Of a stretch of DNA of 64,000 nt, positions 18,140-27,418 are shown piece by piece; the first letter of the stretch is position 1; every line of letters begins with the position of its first letter. This DNA is from a plasmid: the sequence record NZ_CP090789.1. The stretch is one strand, 5' to 3'. The position numbers and the translations under genes were made by a program. Below the pieces are notes generated by a model, which had not been told where the DNA came from, made no database searches, and was given only the letters and a program-made list of their open reading frames with translations.

Positions 18140-18612
18140 CCCGGGCTCCAAGATTCGGAGTCCCGACGTATTGGGTTCTGTTGAGTCGGCGTGCTGCGCT
18201 TCGCAGCTGCCGCCGGTCCCCTTAGTTCGTCGTCCCGCGAACGGACCAGCGCCGGCCGGCGCCGGGTCAAGGGAACACGCGCGGGGTGGGGCGGGAGGGA
18301 GCGCAGCGCACGACACGGCCCCGCGCGCCTTGACGCGGCAAAGGCCGGCGCTACGGTCGCGGAACTAGGACGACGAGCTCAGGGGACGAGAAGGTCGGTA
18401 GCGGCCGCATGCCGATGAGGCAGAACGCCGCGCGCGGCGAGCGCGCTATCTGAGGCGCGGAGCGGCTCAGGTGGACATGGGGTGGCCAGCGCCGGGGCGG
18501 GCTGCGGAACGCAGCGCGGCCCCTAGAGCGTGGTGGGACATCCGGGCCGCGGAGAAAGCGGCTCGCGTGGCAAATCGATTACGTCGGTTTGGTGCGCGAG
18601 CCGTCGCGGTCC
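18140..18612. repeat. Copy B of the ~470-bp structured direct repeat, immediately upstream of the minus-strand Cys-rich/PAPS-reductase operon
   Basis: Seen directly. It carries the same internal long-range inverted repeat and GC palindromes as copy A. Confidence 0.8.
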
Positions 18613-18705
18613 GGCTGGATCCAGCTGCGAAAAGAAACTCGCCCCGGTTTCAGTGCCTAGCTATTTGAGTAAGCGAACCTGATCTGATAGCTTCTTACTC
18701 GAGAA

Positions 18706-19152
18706 TTGACCTTCGGCAAATACAAGGGCACGGAAGCTCGAAAACTTCTGTTCGACGATCCAGCCTACGTCCGCTGGCTTCTAGGAGAATCCGGCGCCTC
18801 GGGAGGCATGCTGGCAGCGCAGAAGGAGTTCACGCGACTCATCGCGGCACTCGATAAGAAACCGTTTGCCGGCGACTGCGCCGGCGGCTGCAAACAGCCA
18901 GCGACCAGGGCGAGTGCGTATGCAAACAGCCCGACACTCTTCTCGTGGTGCGACGATTGCGATCCGTATTCGAAGGGGGCGCTGGCGGGCAAGTTGCGCA
19001 TCGTCAGAACGTATGCGGACGCAGAGCGCCACGTCAATTTGACCGCCGAAGGCCATAGGGCCACGCTCAAAGCAATCATCCGCGAACTGGCAATGGAAAA
19101 AGGCATGGCGAAGCGGTTTACGGCATCGGCCCTTGCGGCATTCCTTCCATGA
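18706..19152 (+). CDS. DUF3820-like protein (FGKYKG motif family), TTG start
   Basis: The N-terminus MTFGKYKG..DPAYVRWLL resembles the DUF3820 domain family. 148 aa. Confidence 0.45.
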   Translation: MTFGKYKGTEARKLLFDDPAYVRWLLGESGASGGMLAAQKEFTRLIAALDKKPFAGDCAGGCKQPATRASAYANSPTLFSWCDDCDPYSKGALAGKLRIVRTYADAERHVNLTAEGHRATLKAIIRELAMEKGMAKRFTASALAAFLP

Positions 19153-19678
19153 GACAAGCATAGCGACTAAGCGCTGCTCGCCAGTTTTCTGGCGACCTGA
19201 AAACGATTGATGAATACAATTATGTAAAATTATGGATACCTAATCGATTTGAGTCCCGCCAGCGCCAATGAAATATCGATTCCGCGACACCGCATCGACC
19301 GATCGGGTATCCACCTGCGTCGACCGGCCAACGCGACCGTACTAGATTCCCGTGTCAGAGGACCGTCATGCGCCGAGCTTCAAATTGCAGCTTGCTACCG
19401 TCCGCAAACACACAGATGTCCACGCACAGTTGCGGAGCCTCTATCGCTACAGCGAGGTCACACGCGGTGTCAAATGCTCTGCACACGTCGGCGTCCATGC
19501 TGATGCACTCGGCGGTGGTGTATTGCGGTCGGTCCATCATCCTTTCCCTGTTTTCCGGTATCCGTGCGCTTTAGCGGCGGTTGTCGCCTTCGATGATCAG
19601 AAGCCTCGCGTTTTCCTTCCAAATTGCATTAACGGCCTCAGCGACTGCTTCTGACAAAATAATAGTACCGCTGCGGTA

Positions 19679-20122
19679 CTATGTCAAAGCTTTTATCAGT
19701 TGCTCAACAATCTGGGGAGCAAGCGTCACGCCGCGGGCGCTCAACTCTGCCGGTAGTACGGTGCGCATCATGTGACGGCGCACTGCCAAGGGGATACGCT
19801 CCAGTGCATAACCGGCTTCTGCCATTTTGGCGGGCCAATTATGTCGGTATGCCGTGCCGCACGCAGCATTGATCTCGTCAAGGGTTTGCTTGAGCGGTTT
19901 GCCAGCGGCCGCCTCAATTTCCAGCCAGCGCTCGAAGAGGCCTTTAGAGAGTTTATCTAGTACCATAGCGGTACTGTATACCATACGCGCCGTCAAATAG
20001 TCTCCTCGAAGATTCGGGACAGAATGGCGCGGCCCAGAAAAGCAACCATCGGATAATTCGGCGCCGCGCCGATCCGGTACCCTTCCACCGTATCGCAATA
20101 TCTCGGCGATGATCGTGCTCAC
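19679..20122 (-). CDS. Hypothetical protein in a lower-GC patch; possible remnant of a recombinase N-terminal domain
   Basis: ORF in an AT-richer segment flanked by AGTACC-N5-GGTACT palindromes. Weak resemblance to integrase core-binding/SAM-like domains. Low confidence. Confidence 0.3.
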   Translation of the reverse strand: MSTIIAEILRYGGRVPDRRGAELSDGCFSGPRHSVPNLRGDYLTARMVYSTAMVLDKLSKGLFERWLEIEAAAGKPLKQTLDEINAACGTAYRHNWPAKMAEAGYALERIPLAVRRHMMRTVLPAELSARGVTLAPQIVEQLIKALT

Positions 20123-20441
20123 TGAACTACAAAACCTACAGGCTCAACTTCGCGAATTGAATGCTCGGCTCGCGGACGTGAAGAACGACGAAAGGCAGGC
20201 GTATTTAGCCCGAGTCCAGGAACACGTTGCCCTCTACGGCATTACCGAAGATGAACTGCTCTGCGCAGCTGGCTTCCGGAAAGCGCGCAGATCGCGGGCG
20301 CAAGCGAAGTACTACGACCCCTCGTCGGGTAAGCAATGGTCTGGATTCGGCCCGCGACCGAAATGGCTGGAAGGCAAGAATCTCGACGACTACCTGATTG
20401 AGCGTGCTGCGAAACCGTGGTGGCCCGGAGAAGACGCCTGA
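20109..20441 (+). CDS. hns: H-NS family nucleoid-associated protein (plasmid-borne 'stealth' H-NS-like)
   Basis: 110 aa with an N-terminal coiled-coil and the C-terminal motif KYYDPSSGKQWSGFGPRPKWL, typical of H-NS/Bv3F DNA-binding domains. An AT-rich upstream region precedes it. Confidence 0.75.
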   Translation: MIVLTELQNLQAQLRELNARLADVKNDERQAYLARVQEHVALYGITEDELLCAAGFRKARRSRAQAKYYDPSSGKQWSGFGPRPKWLEGKNLDDYLIERAAKPWWPGEDA

Positions 20442-20571
20442 CGACGCGCGCAAGTGAATTTCGCACCGATAGAGTGCTCCACGGTCGGGGCTTACCTGAC
20501 GACAGCGATCGCCACCGGCAACCCGATACTTGCGTTACCCTGTTTCGGTACGGTTGCCCTGGGAGTCGGCG

Positions 20572-21483
20572 ATGTGCTATTCGGCAAAGATCCAAACCAA
20601 CTATCGTGAGTACGCGCGACGTTACGGTGCCGACATGGACATCGAGACATTCCGCCATCTGTTCTTCGCGCGCGCGGCCGGAAGCGACATCAGAATTCCG
20701 AAGGCGGTCGACGCGGCGCTCGTAGGTGTCGACGAAGAAATCTCGGCGGCGATCGCTGCGTATCGAAGCCAGCGAACACGGAAGCTGGAGACCGATCTGT
20801 TCGAGCAGCGAGCGCGCCTCGCCGCGGCCGAGAAGAAGCTCGCCGTGAAGACCACGAAGAAGGCGACCGAGGACGTCCGGATCGCCACGGACAAGATCGA
20901 TGCGGCAACGCGCGGGCTCGACGATCTTCGCCGGCAGGACCTGCAGGAGCGTGATTCGCGGATCTTCCCCGGCTGGTATGCGCCCGTGCTGATCGAGCTC
21001 GAAGGCAAACGCCTAGTCGTGCCGATGCGGTATCGGTGCCGCATACCGGGCTGGACCGAGGCGGACGAAAAACAGAAGCCGGCAACCTATAATGCCCGCT
21101 CGGATTCGCTCGCCACGGCCTGGCGCAAGGTCTTCGGCTTCACGCATGGGCTCCTGCTCGTCGACGCTTTCTTCGAAAACGTGCGGCGCGACGGCCAGAA
21201 CGTCGTGCTTCGCTTCGACCCGACGCCCCCGCAACACATGCAAGTCGCCTGCCTGTGGACCCGCACCGAGATCCCTGGCGCCGACGATTTGTGGTCGTTC
21301 GCGGCGATTACCGACGACCCACCGCCGGAAGTGGCGGCAGCGGGCCACGACCGATGTATCGTCCCCATTAAATCCTCGAATGTTGACGCGTGGCTCGCAC
21401 CACATCCAAGCCGGCGCGCGCAGCTGCGCGAGATCCTGGCCGACCGCGAGCGGCCCTACTACGAGCACCAGCTCGCAGCGTAA
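20572..21483 (+). CDS. SOS response-associated peptidase (SRAP/YedK family) with a ~100-aa coiled-coil insertion
   Basis: Start MCYSAK (the catalytic Cys2 after the initiator Met is the SRAP hallmark) with a GGAG RBS. Conserved NARSDSL...LVDAFFE and FPGWYAP motifs align to YedK. An insertion lies between the N-terminus and the core. Confidence 0.6.
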   Translation: MCYSAKIQTNYREYARRYGADMDIETFRHLFFARAAGSDIRIPKAVDAALVGVDEEISAAIAAYRSQRTRKLETDLFEQRARLAAAEKKLAVKTTKKATEDVRIATDKIDAATRGLDDLRRQDLQERDSRIFPGWYAPVLIELEGKRLVVPMRYRCRIPGWTEADEKQKPATYNARSDSLATAWRKVFGFTHGLLLVDAFFENVRRDGQNVVLRFDPTPPQHMQVACLWTRTEIPGADDLWSFAAITDDPPPEVAAAGHDRCIVPIKSSNVDAWLAPHPSRRAQLREILADRERPYYEHQLAA

Positions 21484-21518
21484 ACGCGGGGGTTGGTGGG
21501 GCGGTTATCTCTGTCATA

Positions 21519-21538
21519 TACTGTACAAACATACAGTA
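21519..21538. promoter_or_regulatory. LexA (SOS) box TACTGTACAAACATACAGTA (CTGT-N8-ACAG) upstream of imuA
   Basis: Seen directly, between the SRAP stop (21483) and the imuA start (21557). It matches the E. coli/Betaproteobacteria LexA operator consensus. Confidence 0.7.
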
Positions 21539-21556
21539 TTTTGCGTAACCGACCCC

Positions 21557-22273
21557 ATGCACCCCGCCCTCGCCCATCCTGAAGTCATCCACCCGGCCCT
21601 CTGGCGCGCCAGTCAGCTGGCGCGCTCGAGCGTGCGCGGCGTCGACACGGGCCATCCGGAACTGACGGCCGAACTGCCCGGCGGCGGCTGGCCGGCCGGC
21701 GCGCTGATCGAGCTGCTCGCGCCGCAGCCGGGCATCGGCGAGCTTCGGCTGCTGGCGCCGGTGCTCGCGCGCGCGGCCGGCAAGCCGGTCGTGCTGATCC
21801 AGCCGCCGCATGCACTGCAACCGCTGGCGCTCGCGTACTGGGGCATCGACCCGTCCGGGTTCGTGACGCTGCCGGCGCCGCGAACGGCCGACGCGCTGTG
21901 GGCCGCCGAACAGGCGCTGCGTGCCAGCACGTGCGCTGCCGTGCTGCTCTGGCAGCCGCATGTCCGTGCGGACGCATTGCGGCGACTCAACCTGGCCGCG
22001 CAGAGCGGCCAGGCGCTGTTCTACCTCTTCCGGCCGGCGGCCGCCGCGCGCGATGCGTCGCCGGCGCCGCTGCGGCTCGCGCTGGCGCCGAAGCGTGACG
22101 GCATCGATGTCACGTTCGTGAAGCGCCGCGGGCCTGCACGCGATGCGCCGCTGTTCGTTCCCTTGTCACCCTCGCCGATTTTGTTGAACCGCCATGCAAG
22201 TCTGGATCGGCGTGCATCTGCCGCACCTCAACCTCGAAGTGTTCCGGCCGCGATCGCCGGCGCCGTCGCCTGA
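21557..22273 (+). CDS. imuA: ImuA (SulA/RecA-fold translesion-synthesis accessory protein)
   Basis: Motifs ALWRASQLAR...LPGGGWPAGALIELL are typical of ImuA. It is the first gene of the cassette downstream of the LexA box and overlaps the imuB start. The ORF-track start at 21092 is an out-of-frame-like extension into the SRAP gene. Confidence 0.7.
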   Translation: MHPALAHPEVIHPALWRASQLARSSVRGVDTGHPELTAELPGGGWPAGALIELLAPQPGIGELRLLAPVLARAAGKPVVLIQPPHALQPLALAYWGIDPSGFVTLPAPRTADALWAAEQALRASTCAAVLLWQPHVRADALRRLNLAAQSGQALFYLFRPAAAARDASPAPLRLALAPKRDGIDVTFVKRRGPARDAPLFVPLSPSPILLNRHASLDRRASAAPQPRSVPAAIAGAVA

Positions 22274-23672
22274 CGATGCGCGCGGGCTCGTCGTGCTCGA
22301 GGGCGGCCGCGTCGTGGCGCTCGATCGCGCCGCGCGTGCGCTCGGCGTGGTCGCCGGCATGCGCCGCGGTGGCGTGCTCTCTCTCGCACCGGACGCGCAG
22401 ATCCGCGAGCGTGACGCCGCGCGCGAGCGCGAGCTCGTGCTCGGGGTTGCTTATGCGCTCCTGCAGTTCACACCGAGCGTCGTCGACGCCGAGGAAGCCG
22501 TGGTTGTGCTCGACGTGACCGCGAGCCTGCGCCTGTTCCACGGCATCCGCGCGCTGCGCCAGCGTGTGCGCGATGTCGTCGCGTCGTTCGGCGTCACCGC
22601 GGCGATATCCGTCGCGTCCTCGGGTCCGGCCGCGTGGATGGTCGCCCGCGGCCTGCGCGGCGGCCTCGCGCTGTCCGCGCGATCGCTGCGCCGCGCGCTC
22701 GCGCGCGTGCCTCTCGTCGTTGCGCCGGACGCCCGGCGCTACGCGAACTGGTTCGAGGATCTCGGCTGCGAAACGCTCGCCGATCTGCAGCGCTTGCCGC
22801 GCGCCGGGTTGAAGAAGCGATGCGGCACGCAACTGCTCGACTGGCTCGACCAGGTCGCCGGCACCGCGCCGGCCGCCTACGACTGGCTCGAAATGCCGCC
22901 GTCGTTTGACACGCGCGTCGAACTGATGGACCGCGTCGAGCACGCCGAGGCGCTGCTGTTCGTCGCGCGCCGGCTGATCCTGCAGCTGACCGGCTGGCTC
23001 ACCGCTAAGCAGCTGGACGTCGCCGCGTTTGCACTCCTGCTCGAGCACGAGCGCGGGCGGGACGCGATCGCGCCGACCGAGATCGAAATCGCGTTGGGCG
23101 CCCCTACCCGCTTCGAGGAGCACCTCACCCGGCTCGTCAAGGAGCGGCTCGGCCACGTCGAGCTCGCCGGGCCCGTGATTGCCGTGCGCCTAGTCGCCCA
23201 CAGCGTGCAGGAAGCTGCCGCGCCGAGCGACTCCCTGTTTCCCGAGCCCGGTGGCACGCCGCAGGATCACGCACGGCTGCTGGAACTGCTGACGGCGCGG
23301 CTCGGCTCCGAGAACGTACTCGTCGCAGCTCCCATGGCCGACTACCGTCCCGAGCCGGCCGCCCGATGGGTGCCGATGCGTGACGCGCCGAAGCCGTCGC
23401 CGCTGCCGTCGGACCTGCCGCGTCCGGCCTGGCTGCTTGGCAGGCCTGTGCCGTTGCTCACACGCGAGCATCGCCCGTTTTACGGCACGCCGCTGCGCAT
23501 GGTGTCGCCTGGCGAGCGCATTGAAGGTGGCTGGCAGGATGGGCAGACCGTGACGCGCGACTACTTCGTCGCCGAGGACGACAACGGCATCTGCTACTGG
23601 ATCTACAAGGAGCGGCCGACGGCCAGCGACGAAAGCGACGCGCGCTTCTTCCTGCACGGCCTGTTCGGCTGA
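22194..23672 (+). CDS. imuB: ImuB (inactive Y-family polymerase-like protein)
   Basis: The N-terminus MQVWIGVHLPHLNLEVF resembles ImuB. 492 aa. It sits directly upstream of dnaE2. Confidence 0.8.
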   Translation: MQVWIGVHLPHLNLEVFRPRSPAPSPDDARGLVVLEGGRVVALDRAARALGVVAGMRRGGVLSLAPDAQIRERDAARERELVLGVAYALLQFTPSVVDAEEAVVVLDVTASLRLFHGIRALRQRVRDVVASFGVTAAISVASSGPAAWMVARGLRGGLALSARSLRRALARVPLVVAPDARRYANWFEDLGCETLADLQRLPRAGLKKRCGTQLLDWLDQVAGTAPAAYDWLEMPPSFDTRVELMDRVEHAEALLFVARRLILQLTGWLTAKQLDVAAFALLLEHERGRDAIAPTEIEIALGAPTRFEEHLTRLVKERLGHVELAGPVIAVRLVAHSVQEAAAPSDSLFPEPGGTPQDHARLLELLTARLGSENVLVAAPMADYRPEPAARWVPMRDAPKPSPLPSDLPRPAWLLGRPVPLLTREHRPFYGTPLRMVSPGERIEGGWQDGQTVTRDYFVAEDDNGICYWIYKERPTASDESDARFFLHGLFG

Positions 23673-23678
23673 TCCGGC

Positions 23679-26600
23679 ATGGACGCCGGCAGCTTCGGCG
23701 CCCTGCCCGCGTACGCGGAACTTCAGGTCGCCTCCGATTTTTCGTTCCTGCAGGGCGCGTCACGCGCGGAGGAATACGTCGCGCGCGCGGCGCAGCTCGG
23801 CTACAGCGCGATCGCGATCACCGACGAGTGCTCGCTCGCCGGCGTCGTGCGCGCGCACGTCGAAGCGAAGGCAGCGAACATGCCGCTGATCGTCGGCTCG
23901 CACTTCCGGCTGACGGCCGCGGACGGCGCGCCCGCGCTCGCCTTCACTGCGCTGGCGATGAATCGCGACGGTTACGGCAACCTCTGCGAATTCATTTCGC
24001 TCGGTCGCATGCGCGGCAAGAAAGGCACGTACCGGCTGGCGCCACTCGATCTCGAACACCCGGAAGCGCCGTACACGCACCTGCGCGGCCTGCCCGACTG
24101 CGTCGCGATCCTGTCGCCCGACTTCCCAGCCAACGAGCAACGCCTTGACGCGCAGGTCGAATGGTTCGCGCGCGTGTTCGGCAATCGCGCATGGGTCGCG
24201 CTGACGCTGCACGCACGCGCGATGGACGACATCCACCGCGGCGTGGTCGAGCGCGTCGCCGCGCGGCACGGCGTGCCCGTGGTGGCCACCAGCTGGCCCC
24301 TCATGCACGTGCGATCGCGCAAACCGCTGCAGGACGTGCTGACGGGGATCCGGGTCGGCCGGCCGGTATCGGAGTGCGGGTACGAGCTCGCGCCGAACGC
24401 GGAGCGTCACCTGCGGTCGCGTCTGCGGCTCGCCAACCTCTATCCCGCCGGCGCGCTCGAGGAAACCGTACGCGTCGCGCGGCGTTGCACGTTTTCGCTC
24501 GACGACCTGAAGTACGAGTATCCGGATGAACTGGTACCGGCCGGCACCGATCCGGCGACGTACCTGCGCGAGCAGACCTACATCGGCGCGCGCCGGCGCT
24601 TTCCGGCCGGCATCCCGATCGACGTCCAGGCGCAGATCGAACACGAGCTGCAGCTGATCGCCGACCTGAAATACGAGGCGTATTTCCTGACCGTCTACGA
24701 CATCGTGCAATTTGCGCGCGAGCAAGGCATCTTGTGCCAGGGACGCGGCTCGGCTGCGAACTCGTCCGTTTGCTACTGCCTCGGCGTGACCGAGGTCGAC
24801 CCGTCGCGGCAATCGATGCTGTTCGAACGGTTCATCAGCAAGGAGCGCAACGAGCCGCCGGACATCGACGTCGATTTCGAGCATCAGCGTCGCGAAGAGG
24901 TCATGCAGTACATCTACCGCAAGTACGGCCGCGATCGCGCAGCGCTCACGGCCGCCGTCACGACATACCGGCCACGCAGCGCACTACGCGAAGCCGGCAA
25001 GGCGCTCGGCGTGGATCCGGCGATCGTCGATCGCGTCGCGAAGCAGCACCACTGGTTCGATTCGCGCGCGGATCTGCTGCAGCGTTTTTCCGAGGCTGGC
25101 CTCGACCCCGACGCGCCGCTGAATCAGCAGTGGGCCGCATTTGCCGCGCAGCTGCTCGGCTATCCACGGCACCTGTCGCAGCATTCGGGCGGCTTCGTGA
25201 TCAGCCGCGGCAAGCTCACGCGGCTCGTACCGGTTGAAAACGCAGCGATGGAGGATCGCTCGATCATCCAGTGGGACAAGGACGACATCGAGGCGCTCGG
25301 GATTCTGAAGATCGACGTCCTGGCCCTCGGGATGCTGTCGATGGTACGCCGCGCGCTCGACATGATCTCGGAGAAACGCGGCGAGACATTCGAGCTGCAG
25401 GACATTCCAGCCGAGGACAAGGCGACCTACGACATGCTGTGCGATGGCGACAGCATGGGCGTGTTCCAGGTGGAATCGCGCGCGCAGATGTCGATGCTGC
25501 CGCGCCTGCGGCCGCAGTGCTTCTACGACTTGGTGATCGAAGTCGCGATCGTGCGGCCGGGCCCGGTGCAAGGCGGGATGGTGCATCCGTTTCTGCGCCG
25601 GCGCCAGGGGCTGGAGCCCGTCACGTTTCCGTCGGAAGGCATGGAGAAGGCGCTGGCTCGCACGCTCGGCGTGCCGATCTTCCAGGAGCAGGTGATGCAG
25701 GTCGCGATGCTGGCGGCCGGCTTCTCCGCCGGCGAGGCCGACCAGCTGCGCCGCGCGATGGCGGCATGGAAGCGCAAGGGGGGCCTCGAGCCGTACCACG
25801 AACGCCTGGTGAGCGGCATGCTCGAGCGCGGCTACGATCGCGAGTTCGCGGAATCCATCTTCGCGCAGATCAAGGGCTTCGGCGAGTACGGCTTTCCGGA
25901 GAGCCACGCGGCCAGCTTCGCGCTGCTCGTCTACGCGAGCGCCTGGCTGCGCCGACACGAGCCGGCCGTGTTCCTGGCCGCGCTGCTCAACAGCCAGCCG
26001 ATGGGCTTTTACACGCCGTCGCAGCTCCTGCAGGACGCGCGGCGTCGCGGCGTTGAGGTGCTGCCCGTCGACGTCAACGTGAGCACATGGGATTCGGCGA
26101 TCGAAGGCCCGACAACGTCGGCGCCCGTGCGTCTCGGCTTCTCGCTATTGCGCGGCATGCGCGAGGACGTCGCCGGCCGCATCGAGCTCGCACGCGCTGC
26201 GCGGTCATTCGTCGACGTCGCGGATCTCGCGCGCCGCGCGCGGCTTGATCGGCACGACCTGCAGGTGCTCGCGCGCGCGAACGCCCTCCGCTCACTCGCC
26301 GGCGGCAATCGACGCGCCGCGCTCTGGCTGGCCGCCGCCGCGGTCCCCGATCGGGATCTGCTGCGCGGCACCGAGCGCGACGACGCGGTGCCGGCACTGC
26401 CGCAAGCATCGGAAGGCGCGGAAATCGTGACGGACTATCGTTCGATGGGCTTCACGCTCGGCCGGCATCCGCTGGCGCTGCTGCGCGAACGCCTGGCGCT
26501 CGATCGCCTGCAGTCGGCCGAACAGCTGCAGACGTTGCGCAGTGGCCAGCTCGCGCGCGCGTGCGGACTGGTTACGGTACGGCAGCGGCCGGGCACGGCG

Positions 26601-26828
26601 AACGGCGTACTGTTCATGACGCTCGAGGACGAGACCGGCCAGGTGAATGTGATCCTCTGGCCCGGCCTGCTGGAAAAGTTTCGGAAGGAAGCGCTCGGCG
26701 CCGCGCTGCTTGCCGTCTATGGTGTATGGCAGGCCGAAGGGAAGGTGCGGCATCTGATTGCGAGCAAGCTCGTCGACAGAACTGAACTACTCGGTGCACT
26801 GCCGACGACGTCGAGGGAGTTTTGTTAA
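23679..26828 (+). CDS. dnaE2: Error-prone DNA polymerase DnaE2 (ImuC)
   Basis: 1049 aa. It has the N-terminal PHP motif [17 protein letters not shown], polymerase III alpha core motifs and an OB-fold C-terminus. It is the third gene of the imuA-imuB-dnaE2 cassette. Confidence 0.9.
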   Translation: MDAGSFGALPAYAELQVASDFSFLQGASRAEEYVARAAQLGYSAIAITDECSLAGVVRAHVEAKAANMPLIVGSHFRLTAADGAPALAFTALAMNRDGYGNLCEFISLGRMRGKKGTYRLAPLDLEHPEAPYTHLRGLPDCVAILSPDFPANEQRLDAQVEWFARVFGNRAWVALTLHARAMDDIHRGVVERVAARHGVPVVATSWPLMHVRSRKPLQDVLTGIRVGRPVSECGYELAPNAERHLRSRLRLANLYPAGALEETVRVARRCTFSLDDLKYEYPDELVPAGTDPATYLREQTYIGARRRFPAGIPIDVQAQIEHELQLIADLKYEAYFLTVYDIVQFAREQGILCQGRGSAANSSVCYCLGVTEVDPSRQSMLFERFISKERNEPPDIDVDFEHQRREEVMQYIYRKYGRDRAALTAAVTTYRPRSALREAGKALGVDPAIVDRVAKQHHWFDSRADLLQRFSEAGLDPDAPLNQQWAAFAAQLLGYPRHLSQHSGGFVISRGKLTRLVPVENAAMEDRSIIQWDKDDIEALGILKIDVLALGMLSMVRRALDMISEKRGETFELQDIPAEDKATYDMLCDGDSMGVFQVESRAQMSMLPRLRPQCFYDLVIEVAIVRPGPVQGGMVHPFLRRRQGLEPVTFPSEGMEKALARTLGVPIFQEQVMQVAMLAAGFSAGEADQLRRAMAAWKRKGGLEPYHERLVSGMLERGYDREFAESIFAQIKGFGEYGFPESHAASFALLVYASAWLRRHEPAVFLAALLNSQPMGFYTPSQLLQDARRRGVEVLPVDVNVSTWDSAIEGPTTSAPVRLGFSLLRGMREDVAGRIELARAARSFVDVADLARRARLDRHDLQVLARANALRSLAGGNRRAALWLAAAAVPDRDLLRGTERDDAVPALPQASEGAEIVTDYRSMGFTLGRHPLALLRERLALDRLQSAEQLQTLRSGQLARACGLVTVRQRPGTANGVLFMTLEDETGQVNVILWPGLLEKFRKEALGAALLAVYGVWQAEGKVRHLIASKLVDRTELLGALPTTSREFC

Positions 26829-27403
26829 ATTTGCGCCGGCGCGGCGGAGGCCCGAATTGCTGCCAGTTCTTCGTCACCAAGCGCGGGGAGTTCAACGGCC
26901 GTCACGATCTCTGGGAGAGCAGCCATGATCGCTGTCCATTCGTTCACCGCGCTTTCGTGATATGCCCTCCTTTGCTCATGGCCATTGCCCTCGTTCGTCG
27001 CTTCCGCGATGCAATGTGCGCGCACCTCGGCGTGACCGATCGCTTGCCATACTGCCTGGCGCGCTCCTAGGGCGAGATAGAGGCAGTAATCGTCCATCCA
27101 TGCCTTGCAATCATCGATCACAGATTGATTGTCGCGAGCCGACAGAAGCCCCTTTACCTTCTTGAATGCTTGTTGATGTGCATCCATGCGCTTGTCTGCA
27201 ACAAGCGTCCGAAGCGAATGACGCTGTTTGGATACCTCAATTATTTCGGCAAATTGATGTTTGATTTCCTCCTGCCGTCTGGTGATCTCGGCAATGTCCT
27301 CCTTTGTCGCCAGATTTTCCCCCTTCTTACGGAAGTATCCTGGCAGAAATTCCTGTGCGAGCAGAATGATCCCTGCACCAGCGAGCACCCCAATCAAGCT
27401 CAT
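26825..27403 (-). CDS. Hypothetical membrane-anchored protein (192 aa) in a lower-GC segment
   Basis: N-terminal transmembrane helix and a coiled-coil body. No recognised family. Confidence 0.4.
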   Translation of the reverse strand: MSLIGVLAGAGIILLAQEFLPGYFRKKGENLATKEDIAEITRRQEEIKHQFAEIIEVSKQRHSLRTLVADKRMDAHQQAFKKVKGLLSARDNQSVIDDCKAWMDDYCLYLALGARQAVWQAIGHAEVRAHCIAEATNEGNGHEQRRAYHESAVNEWTAIMAALPEIVTAVELPALGDEELAAIRASAAPAQI

Positions 27404-27418
27404 TGTCTTTCCTCGAGT

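Noticed and set aside
21092-21556. N-terminal 155-codon extension of the imuA ORF overlapping the SRAP gene
   Set aside because: It is in a different frame from SRAP and Arg-rich, and it places the LexA box inside the coding sequence. ATG 21557 follows the SOS box and gives a canonical ImuA N-terminus.
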